64,000 nt of DNA from Raja brachyura (taxonomy: Eukaryota): the NCBI GenBank assembly GCA_963514005.1, contig OY740806.1:23374001-23438000 (forward strand). Reading direction: 5' to 3'. Under the pieces are notes generated by a model, which was not told where the DNA came from, did no database searches, and saw only the letters and a list, made by a program, of their open reading frames with translations. A program made the translations under genes and the position numbers. Every line of letters begins with the position of its first letter. Positions within the stretch are counted from its first letter, which is position 1. This document shows, piece by piece, positions 51,301 through 63,300 of the stretch.

Positions 51301-54300
51301 GGCCTCTGATGCTGCCGTCCACCAGGCCAAAATGAGAAAGGAAGTGGGAGAGGTATGGACTGGGGCAGAGCAGGAGGTGAGCGAAGCCCAAATTGGTTTA
51401 ATAGGACAAGAAAGGGCAGTGGGAGGGCAACGTGACAAAAACTGGAAAAGAGAGAGTGGAGAGGAAATGAGAGAGGGTGAGAAAAGGAGGGAGAATTAGT
51501 AGTATGGAGCAGAGAGGGAAGGAGATCAATAAAAGCAGAGACAACAGCCTATAGGAAGGAGACAGCAGGAACATAAGCAGTAGAAGGCATGGCTACAATA
51601 CAGTCATCACATACAAATTATTTTGTGCTGGGTGCTGGATACAATTAATTGCACTGCACTTCCCGGCTACCTGTCTCACACTCAGAGATCCCATCATGGA
51701 CAACGTTGGCCGACGCTGGACTCGATGAGCCGGTCACCGCTGATTGATAGCTTGCATCACTTCCCTCGCTGAAGAATGGAAGAGATTTTGATCTCTCGCT
51801 GTGGTCAGAGTGAGAAGCAGATCGGCTGTATGGTCCCATTTGCCTCTGATGCAGTAACTTGGCCTTTTCAACTAAACAGAGATGTCACAGATCAGTCTCC
51901 TGATGCTTTGATCCTATATTTAATGATGAATAGCCAAATAGCACACTGCACGTCCAAGTCCCACTTACTGGCGTTGCGATCCTGTTTGCTTGTGCGCCGG
52001 ATGGGGTCCAGGATGCTCTGGAAACGTTTCTTTTTCTCATCATCTTTCGCAGTCTCCTTTTCTTTCTTTACACTTGGCTGTTGGTAGTGGAATGATTAAA
52101 GGCAGAATAAGACCACAGGCAGAATCATGCCCCAACTGATAACATCAGAACTGGACAACTAATCAGCACAAGCTGCCACCTCCAAAATAATCAATTAAGT
52201 CTGCAGCATTCACAATTCTTACTGCTCTCAAAAGCCCAGAGAACATCTTTACTCACCATCCCAAACTGAAACCAATTAAAAATGCCAGCTTTTCTCCTCC
52301 ATGAAAACCTGATAGTCTACAACAAAAAACACCCACCCCAAGATTAAATTTCTCATCAATTTAGAAGTGAATGGATCTCGTTTTTCCATTCTTATTACTA
52401 ACTTCGGTATCACAGAACTGCAACTAATTTGATTCACTCCAGGGAATATCGAGAAATGGCTGGATCCAGCACAAGCCATGGCCCTAACAATATCTTGGTC
52501 GTAGTGCCTATGTATACTCAAGAATTAATAGCACCTCTATCCAAATCAGGCACGTGCCGTCAGGGTAGGCAAGGTAGGCACTGACTAAAATTATATAATG
52601 GTAATTATTAAGTATAAATAGTAAAGGCATGGGTGATTATGCCTACCCAAGAGATCAATCTTAGGTAGTGTGTGCAGTCCACATGCCCTAGACGCTGCTT
52701 CAAGCCGTCAATTTCAAGCAGAGCTGAAGGCTGCTGAAATTCTGCCTTTGCAGCGTGAACTGTGTACTGCGCATGCGCAGCGCAAGCGGCTGTAAACTGG
52801 GAGGCGGCTGTAAAAGGACAGCGCCGCTGGGTGGAGGGGTGGGGAAAGAGAGCTCCTTTCACAGCGTGTGGGGAGTCTAGCCAGCGGTAAAGTTGCGGGA
52901 GGGCAGGAGCATTGAGAGGGAGGGGATCGGGGGTCGTGCCAGAGCAACCAGCTCAAGAGCGGGTCAGCGGGCGGTGGAGCTTACTCCATGTGTCAGTGCA
53001 AGTAACTTCAATTGGTCCCTTGTTCGCGCTGACACAGGAGTGTCCACTGCCCGCTGTCCTGTTATCCATCGCCCGCTGACCCGCTCCGCTCTATGATCTT
53101 TGCTCTTGAGCAGGTCGTCTCACTGTTCAAATGGAGAGCACTGCCAGAGGTGAGCGGGCCGGCAGAAGGCGCTGAGAGGTCCGGCGGCCGCTCGCAGCCA
53201 CCCGAGCTACTTCTCCCCCCCCCTCCTCTACCACCCTCGGCCACAACGCTGTGGCACCGCGCCCGGAGCGCCACGGCAGCAATGAGTGAGTTGCAGGCAT
53301 GATCCCCGACCCCCTCCTTCTCAACGCTCCGCAACTTTACCCCTGGCCAGACTCACCACGCGCTGTGAAAAGAACTCTCCCCCCAATTGGTCCCTTGAAT
53401 TAGTATTGTCATTCAATAAGATCACAACTGATTCAACTTGTCCCGGTGTGCTCCCGTTTTTCCCACCATCTCTCCACCTGCCGTCACCCTCCACCCATTC
53501 AGTAATTCAGAATGAAGGAGATTTGGAAGCCTTGGGCAAATTGAATTGTTACTTTCTTTAGTCAAGTCAAGCCAAGTTTATTCGTCACATACACATACGA
53601 GATGTGCAGTGAAATGATTTTTAGTTTTATTCTTTATTTTTACGGAGAGGAGGAGAATGCGCGGTTTAAGATTTTTTTTAAAGCTGACTGACTGCCTACC
53701 CAGTGTAATTATTCACGGCACGTGCCTGATCCAAATGCTAACGAACACATACCTTCTTCTTTGGGAAGAATGCAACTCGTAACCTGCGATCTCTGTCCAG
53801 GTTCCTCGAGTCCTTCACTTTCACGCCAAGCTGCTTCATATAGATGAGAATCACATCCGCAACCGAATTACTGCCACAGAAAGAGAGAGTGGGAATGCAA
53901 CTCAAATTTCACTGTACCTTAATTGGTTAAGTGACAATAAACACGAACTTGAACTTGAAGAGTCTGTTTGCCAGGAAGAAATATCACTGCTCAAAGAGGA
54001 AGGACAGAAATTTGTGAGCGCCAGGAAAAGGGCTGAGTTTATTCGCTAACATTGGGTGAAGATGACTTCTGTTTCACCAAGAAGAGCAGGTATTCAAACG
54101 TGAATGATGGGCTTACCGGAAATCAATGAGTTTAGCTGAAAAATACTGTTTTCAGTGATTGCAATAGGCAACGAGGAACAGGAATATTGAAAATACAGGT
54201 GTGCACATTAAACATGTCATCTTGTCTGTTATGCAGTAGAGGTGAAGTTAAGCAGCTAATTGTCAAACTTACCTTTTTTCTTCTTCAGACGGGGACAAAG

Positions 54301-57300
54301 TCGCTCTAAAAACCAAAAAACAAAATTAGTGAGTAATTTGATAACATGAACAAACAAGGAAAGTCCAGCAGGTTCAATCGTTCAACTATAACTAAGAATG
54401 ACACGTCCCAGTTTGATGAACAAATTACCCCCAAACAGCTTGGGACCTGTGTGGGGAGTGTGGGCCAAGTAGTGGTGAGCCAAAAGACTTAAAATAATTG
54501 GGAAGGAGTACGGGAACCCAAATGAAAACCACTTAGAAGAGAGACTAGGTGTATAAGTACAAGTTGAAATCATGTTGCATCTCTACAAGACTTTGGTTAG
54601 GCCGCATTTGGAGTATTGCGCGCCGTTCTGGTTGGCCCATTACAGGAAGAGGAGAGGGCGCAGAGAAGTGTTCCCAACATTCTTCCTGGATTAGTGGGTT
54701 TAAGTTACAAGGAGAATATGGATAAACTTGGATCATTTTCTCTGGAATGGCAGAGGTTGTGGGGAGACTTGATAGAAGTATATAAAATTATGAGAGGCAT
54801 AGATAGGGTAGATAGTCAGAACCTTTTTTTCCCCCCCAGTGGAAATGAACAACATTAGAGAGCAGAGTTATAAGGGGAGAAGAAGAAAGTTTAAAGGAAT
54901 TGTGCAGGGCAAGTTTTAGATTTGATTGTGGACTTCAAGAGCCTTTTAGAAGGAAGTGCAAGGGATATGGATCATGTACAGGCAGATTAAAGCAGTTTAA
55001 CCTGGCATCATGTTCAGTGCAAACATTGTGGGCCAAATGATATTTTCCTGTGAAGAACTATTTTCTGTTCTAATGTAGGGCAAAGATTAATAGGAGGGCT
55101 CAGTGACAGGGCTGAGGCAAGTTTGGACATGGCGGGGAATATTCACATGCATATATGTGCAAGTTACAAGGGATTATGATAAAGCAACAATAATAGACGT
55201 GGTTTAAAGGAGGGGCTTCATAATCCTCGGCTCAACATATTCAGGAGAAATTGTGAAAGAGAGAAGATGATGGTAGATGGGGGAATGGGTCTATTGCACG
55301 CAAGACTGTGAAGAGCTGTAAGGAAATGTGACAAAAATTAGGATTTTGGATCTGTATTGTAAAGGGAGGGCAAAAATCTCAGCATGACATGGGAATCATA
55401 ATGCCAGTTGAGGGAGTGCAACTGAAATGCAATAAAAAAAATAGCAGGAATAAATAACAGGTTGGAACACAGAAAAACGTCAAGGATCTGAGTGTTCCAT
55501 ATCAGGTTCAGAAAACTGTAGTGCAAAGACTGCAAGTACATTGATCACGATTTTCCAAAACATTCCATACACTTTGAATTCGACAATTGTTATTGTAATA
55601 CTGTTCTTTAAGGCTGGTGGAAGAAACATCTAGAACGCAATTGTGGCAAAATTAACACGTCAATAATCCAGATAGAGAGAATAATTAAATGAGTCGTAAC
55701 TGATCACAGTATGGGTTTGTAAGTCATCAAATGTCTAAGTTGATTGAATTTTGTCCTGAGGCCAACTACGCATTCATATCTAGCTGCCTTCCCAGAGCCC
55801 TTGCTTGCAACCAGACAATCTGAGACTCAAGGCCTGCCACATTAATCCCTGGAGGGCTGGATTTTAATCCGATACTTACAGGACCTCGTCGATCTTCTGT
55901 AACAGTTGCTCCGCACACACCCGCTCCTTCTGTTCTGCCACCACGCGATCTCGCATTCGCTCTGCATCTAACTTAGCCAATTCATTCTCTCCGATTGTCA
56001 TTCCCATATTCCGTTTTTGTCTGTTGGAGTACAAATATAGATTACATTTAATCCTCTTAGAAACAGCATTGAACCAGCCAACTCCATTATGAAATCTCAA
56101 AGCAAACGGCTAAACAGACGAGTGATTGTATTGGCATTGGTCAAATAGATAACATATTTACAATTAGTCAGACTCTTACCATGGTTCTGGTACATAACAT
56201 GGAGTGCAAAGGTCTGGAATGCAAATCACAAATGAACAATACATAAAACTGAAAAGAGTGCAGCACAGGAGCAAGCCCTTCAGCCACATTGTCTGTGCCG
56301 AACATGATGCCAAGTTAAATTAATCTCTTCTGCCTACATATGATCCATGTCCCTCCATTCCTTGCATGTCCATGTACCTGTTTAAAATCCTCTTAAAATG
56401 CCATTATTATATGAACTTCCACGACCATCCCAGGCAGCACATTCTAGGCTTCTACCATGGATGGCACAGCTGGCAGAGCTGTTACCTCAGTGCCAGTGAC
56501 CCGGGTTTGATCCTGACCTCAGGTACTGTCTGTGCGAAGTTTGCAATTTCCCCCTGTAACTGTGTGGCTTTATTCCAGGTGTTCCGGTTTCTCCCACATC
56601 CCAAAGACGGGGAGGTTTGCAAGTTAATTGGCCGCTGTAAAATTGCCCCTACTGTGCAGGGAGAGGCTGAGAAAGTGGGATAAAATAGAACCAGTGTGAT
56701 CGGGAGATCCATGATCAGTGTAGACTTGATGGGCCAAATGGGCCTGTTTCTATACTGCATCACTAAACTAAACACCACTCTGCCATGTCTCTGCTCATAA
56801 CTGTAACTGAACTATCCCCACCGTATCCTTTGATAGCCTTCTTCACTGTCTGCAACTGCCACCAATTTTGTTGTCTTCAAACTTACGAACCAACCCACCT
56901 ACAATTATGTCCATGTACATTACCAGAGGTTCCAGCACAGATCCCTGCAGAACTCTACTGGTCATTGGCCTCCAGCCAGAATAACACCCTTCCTCCACCA
57001 CCCTCTGTCTTTATAGGCAAGTCTGTAGTAAATCCAAACCACCAAGTGGATCAGACTACCACAAGGGACTCGATCAAATGCCTTACTAAAAGCCATACAG
57101 ACAACATCCACTGACCTACTCTCAACAATCACCTTAGTCACCTCCTCCAAAAAACGGAATCGCATTGGGGAATGCAGGAAGAGGGAATCAGATAAGGGAC
57201 AAGGAAACAAAACTGTATCCAAACATTCTCGACAAAACCGCAGGAAACATTAAAGTATATGAAATGGATGGAATGGTAGGGTCAGGCAGTAGAACTCTGT

Positions 57301-60300
57301 ATCTCTGGCAAACATAAAAATGAGACAGGAAACAAGGCTGCCTCTATATATTTACTGCAAAACTGCAAGAAACCTTAAGGATGCATTCCCAATCTTCCAA
57401 GGAAAAGATTAGTTAAGACAAATGTGGGTCCCTTGAAGACAGAAACAGGTGAATTTATTATGGGGAACAAGGAAATGGCAGACGAGCTGAACAGGTACTT
57501 TGGTTCTGTCTACACTAAGGAAGACACAAACAATCTCCCAGATGTACTAGGGGACAGATGATCAAGGGTGATGGAGGAACTGAAGGAAATTCACATTAGT
57601 CAGGAAATGGTGTTGGGTTGACTAATGGGAATGAAAGCTGATAAACCCCCAGGGCCTGATGGTCTGCATCCCACGGTACTCAAGGAGGTGGCTCTAGAAA
57701 TCGTGGACACTTTGGTGATCATTTTCCAATGTTCCATAGATTTTGGATCAGTTCCTGTTGATTGGAGAGTAGCTAATGTTATCCCACTTTTTAAAGGAAG
57801 GAGGGACAGAGAAAGCAGGGAATTATAGACCAGTTAGCCTGACATTGGTGGTGGGGAAGATGCTAGAGTCAATTATTAAAAAAGTAATAACGGAGCATTG
57901 GGATAGCAGTAAAGGATTGGTCCAAGTCAGCATGGATTTATGAAGGGGAAATTCTGCTTGACTAATCTTCTGGAATTTGAGGATGTGACAAGGAAAATGG
58001 ATGAAGGAGAGCCAGTGGATATAGTGTATTTGGACTTTCAGAAAGCCTTTGATAAGGTCCCACACAGGAGATTAGTGGGCAAAATTAGAGCATATGATAT
58101 CGGGGGTAAGGTATTGACATGGATAGAAAATTGGTTGGCAGAGAGGAAACAAAGAGTAGGAATTAACAACTCCCTTTCAGAATGGCAGCTAGTGACTAGT
58201 GGGGTGCCACAAGGCTCGGTGCTGGGACTGCAGCTACGTACAATATATAGTTATGATTTAGATGCATGCTTACTTTCAGTGACTGATGAACAAGAAGCCC
58301 CAGATCTCATTGTACATCCCCTTTTCCCAACTTGACACCATTCAGATAATAATCTGCCTTCCTGCTTTTGCCACCAAAGTGGATAACCTCACATTTATCC
58401 ACATTAAACTGCATCTGCCCACTCACCCAACCTGTCCAATTCACCCTGCATCCTCCTAGCATGCGCCTCACAGTTCACACTGCCACCCAGCTTTGTCATC
58501 TGCAAATTAGCTAATGTTACTTTTAATCCCTTCATCTAAATCATTAATGTATATTGTAAATAGTTGCGGTCCCAACACCGAGCCTTGCAGTACCCCACTA
58601 GTCACTCGTGTATGATTACATATCAATCATCCATGGTATGATCGGCCTGTACAGCACTCAAATCCAAATTATTCTACTGTATCGCGGTATACCACGTGAC
58701 AATAATAAACCTATACCAATGCGAAAGAGAGGAGGAACGCGTTGATGGTGGCTCATCTCTTCCATTGGACAGGTCAGTTCTATTACATTGCATGGATTTG
58801 TTGCTTGGGACTTGCTCTGGTAGTTCATGATGGCAATGACTCTGTGCTTACCTGAAATCTTCCAGATGTGTCTGAACATCAGGCAGGACAATGTCCTGCA
58901 TCCCCTGCACACAAGTACGTTGCATTTCCTCAGACTGATCTCCTTTTCTACGTTCTGAAACAATTGAACAGAGAGGACAATTACGCTGATACATTTGCCG
59001 CTTATTCAACCGATGAGAGACCACATTTTGGTCATGAACACCACATCACTGGAAACAAACTGGAGCATTTACCTCTGGTTAGCAGCTCTGTACAGAAGCA
59101 GTAGAAATGTCCTTCTTGCAGGTGAGCTTGTCTCTGGCTTACATTCCTCCACATTGAAATATGAAAACTAGTTATGGTTTAATGCCACCAAGTCTGGTTT
59201 TGGAGCACAGACAAGCTGGAGGTTGGAGCAGATGCACTCGCACCTACCCCTCAACTTTACACCAGATGAGCAGTTTATTTTTAAAATCTTATTGGTTCAA
59301 GCACTTTTTATTATTTTTGTAATTATTTAAGACTGAATTTCTTTCAAATGTGTTTGATTACCAGAACAATTAAAAACTATTTAGTGATCTTTTTGACACG
59401 AGTAAATGTCAAAAGGATTTAAGGCATTTAACAGACAGATGTCAGAGTTCACCACCAAGGCTAGTCACCCCTTCATGGTTCTAGACTACAAAGGATCAAC
59501 GTGACTCGTTTAGTGAATGTGGACAAGTGCGATATGAGGCAAATTGAAACAGGTGGATGTAGCATCAGCTCGGAATAATAATGTATCAATATTAAAGATA
59601 ATCTGAGCAGGCATCTGCAATTGCAGAGCAAATATTTCATTTCACTCAACAGTTAAAAAGAGAACACTAAAATGTTATTGAGACATCAGGGGTTTAGCAT
59701 TCTTAACAGTATTGGAGGTGTTGGCACAAAATAAGTCCTAAATTGCAAACCAATTATCCAGTGTCGATTGATCTCAGTGCTACAATCTGTTGACCATCTA
59801 TGTATAGGTTGGGCCGAAGGGTCTGCTTTCATGCTGAATAGCTCGATGGCTCTATGATCATAGTGGCAAAAGGGCTTGCGATCACTATGATGTACACAGA
59901 CTGTTCAGATCCAAGGAGTTGTTTTTATTCCATTTCTGGAAGCATCGATTACAGGTAATGTCAGCACGATAGAAAATACTATAATCCCATGCATTCTTCA
60001 AGATTCAGATTAGACCATGTTCTCTCGGGTATTGGAAGCAACAGGCCCGTGAGGTGCTGCTCAAGAAAATTTGGCAATTTGCAACAGAGCAACCTTTACG
60101 TATAACTGACGCTACGTGGCACTGGAGACCAAAGAGCGAGCAGCAGTCCAAACAGTTTTGGAGTTGGAGACACATGGATTGTTATTTTGTGTGTTATTCA
60201 GTAGCATTGTCATTCTTCCTATATCAAGGCATTTAGTCAAAGTAGTGAATACACCTGGGTCTCATGAAAAATATAGGTTTGGAAACATATTGGCTTTGGG

Positions 60301-63300
60301 GACTTACCTAGTTCTGTGCTGATCCATTCTGGAACGTGAACTTTGAGATTCTGGGAAAAAATGCAGAACGAAAATGCAATGAATAAACCAATACGTAAAT
60401 GCAAAGTGGCATAAACGCCATAATGCAAGCAACATTGAAGTTTGAATCGTTAATTGCTACACAAACACATTCTTTTGCATCCACAGTAGTAAACAGTAGA
60501 ACAAGGCAGTATCCACTGTTCGTGGTTTCATAGATGTTATGTTTAGGGAATAAGGAAACAACTGGAGGTATATCTCCCGAACCAATATTTAATCTAGTCA
60601 TAGACTTGTACATAGGTTGTATAATTTCAAATAAAGTCATGGGGCCCATCCTATTCATCCTTAAGATTATAGAGGGACAGTCAAAGATATATATAGATCA
60701 AAGATTGTTCTATAGATACCATAAACCATAAGAGGACACAAGCAATAACGTTCAAATTGTTCCAGATTGCACAGAATCGTTGTGCCAGAAGTCTGGACAA
60801 TTCCAAGATACAGAAAATGTCACAGCACTGTTGCACTGTACCACTCACCGAGCTCTTCTCAAGGAAAAGGTGGCAAAACTCGAGAAACATCCGTCGATGA
60901 TCCTTGGAGTTTGTGTGATGGTAGAGATCGGCGTAGAGGTAACAGAGCTGAGTAGAAACAAATAAACCACTAACTATTAAAAAGCAATTACCAGTAAAAA
61001 TAATCTCTTGTCCAAAATCTCTTGCCCCTTTCATCACTGGCAGTTCTAATTAAAAAATGTGACCCTTCCCAAACGCCAACACCACACCTATATACAAACC
61101 CCAGCACCAACCTTCACCATCAGCCCACATCCTTACAGCTGACACTACAACTTTTGCTCTCAAGCAAAAAAAAAAAAACTGCTGGAGGAGCTGAGCGGGT
61201 CAGGCAGCATTTGCGGAGGGAACGGTCAGGCCGATGGAGCAGAGCTGGAAAAGAAAGGTGGGGGTGAGAAAAGGCCTAGTGGGGGGAGGGGGGGAGGGCT
61301 TGAGGGGAAAAGGAGACAAAAGAATGTCAAATAAGAGTTTGATATGCAAAGTTGAAGAGGGATATGGGTGGAAAGGAAAGGGGGAGGGGAAAGAAGAAAT
61401 ATCAGACTTTGGAATTGGAGATAAGCGTACATTCGCAAGATTAAGCATAGACTGGGTAACTGTTTTGCTGAACTCTTGCACTCTGTCCACGAAGGCTGCT
61501 GGAGCTCCCAGTTGCTAACTCCCCTTCTCATACTGATCTTCCTGTCCCGGACTTCACCCGTAGCCAGAGTGGGGCCACACGCAAACCGGAGCATAAAAGT
61601 ACAAGTAATACTCCGCCCTTCTCTTTCCCCTGCCCCAACCCATCATTTTATTCTTCAGCCTCTATTTGTCCTTAAAGGCACATACATTACTCCCTTCCTT
61701 ATACACCCACGATTGAGAAGCCAAATACAAATCCAACTCAGTTTATAAATTTGCAGATACCACTGTACTGGGTCGGATATCAAATAATGACGAGACGGGG
61801 TACAGGAAGGAGATTGAGAACCTCGAAACCTGGTGCCAGTCAACAACCTTTGCCTCAAAGTCAGCAAGACAAAGGAGATTATGATCGACTTCAGGAAGCA
61901 CATACCCAGGTATACATTGATAGTGCCGAAGTGGAGATGATCGAAAGCTTCAAGACCCTCGGAGTAAATATCACCAGCGACTTGTCCTGGACCAGCCATA
62001 TCAAAGCAATGGTCAAGAAAGGACACCATGCCTTTACTCCCTTAGAAGGCTTAGGACTTTTGGCATGTTCCCGATAACCCTCACCAAGTTCTACAGATGC
62101 TCCGTAGAGAGCATTTTATCAGGATGCATCACAGTATGGTTTTGGAGCAGCTCGAGCCAAGACCACATGAAATTGAAGAGAATTGTGGACATAGCCCAGA
62201 CCGTTATGCAAACCAGCCTCCCTTCCATCGACTCCATCTACACTTTACACTGCCTCGGCAAGACTACCTACATAATCAATGTTGAGTCTCACGCCAGGCA
62301 CTCCCTCTTCCCCCATCACACAAGAGACACAGAAGTGTGAAAATGCATAACTTCAGATGCAGGGAGTCAGAGACCGATATCGGGAACTCAAGCCACAGGA
62401 GCTTCGACCGCCCGACGCGGGAGCTTCGATCATCCCGACATGGGAGCGTCGCCCACCGGCTGCGGGAGTTTCGATCATCCTGACACGGGAGCTTCGCCCA
62501 CCGGCTGCGGGAGTTTCGATCACCCAGACTGCGGATGGTTCGACTGCCCCGGCCGCGGAAGAATAAGAGGAAAAAGATTGGACTTTATTGCTTTCCATCA
62601 CAGTGAGGGACGTGGAGAATCTGCTGTGGTGGATGTTTATGTTAACTTTTATGTAGTTGTGTGTCTTGTTGCTTTTTTTAGTATGGCTGTATGGTCATTT
62701 GAATTTCTCTGTACCTTAATTGGTACATGTGACAATAAACTGTCCTTGAAACCTTGACCGACAGTTTCTTCCCAGTTGTTATCAGGCAACTGAACCATCC
62801 TATCACCAACTAGAGAGTGGTCCTGACCTACCGACTGCCTTTTTGGTAACCCTCACACTATCTTTAATCAGAGTTTACTGGACTTAATCTTGCCTGTTCA
62901 TTCCCTCCACACCTGCTGCTTGTCCTGCTGAGTTACTGCAGTGGAATGTATTTTTGCTCAGGGTTCTAGCACCTGCAGACTCGTGTCTGAACTTTACCTC
63001 TCACCTTAGTTCATGATCCTTACCAATGGAGCAGCTTCAAACTGAGACACAACATGATGTAAAAATGCAACCAAATGTGCCGGCCGGGATTTCACCAGGT
63101 CAATAGTTTGGAAACAGCTGCACTGGACATCAGTCTGTAAAGTGAGCAGACAGCAATTAAAATCTAGGCAGTTTCACTCTACCTCTGGTCAAATTAACTC
63201 CAGCAATGGACACTTACCTGCTCAGCTTCGGTATCAAAATCATCATCCTCCGCTCCAATTATCGGCACTGCAACTCGCGGTGGGCTGAGTCCAGAGGACG

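Noticed and set aside
52700-53400. GC/CpG-rich island with several 60-90 aa ORFs, possible promoter or small gene
   Set aside because: Lies wholly within a TIR/TSD-bounded non-autonomous transposon; the ORFs have no transposase or other motifs
62395-62552. Regularly spaced short repeats superficially like a CRISPR array
   Set aside because: Units are contiguous imperfect tandem copies without unique spacers, inside a vertebrate retroposon; no cas genes
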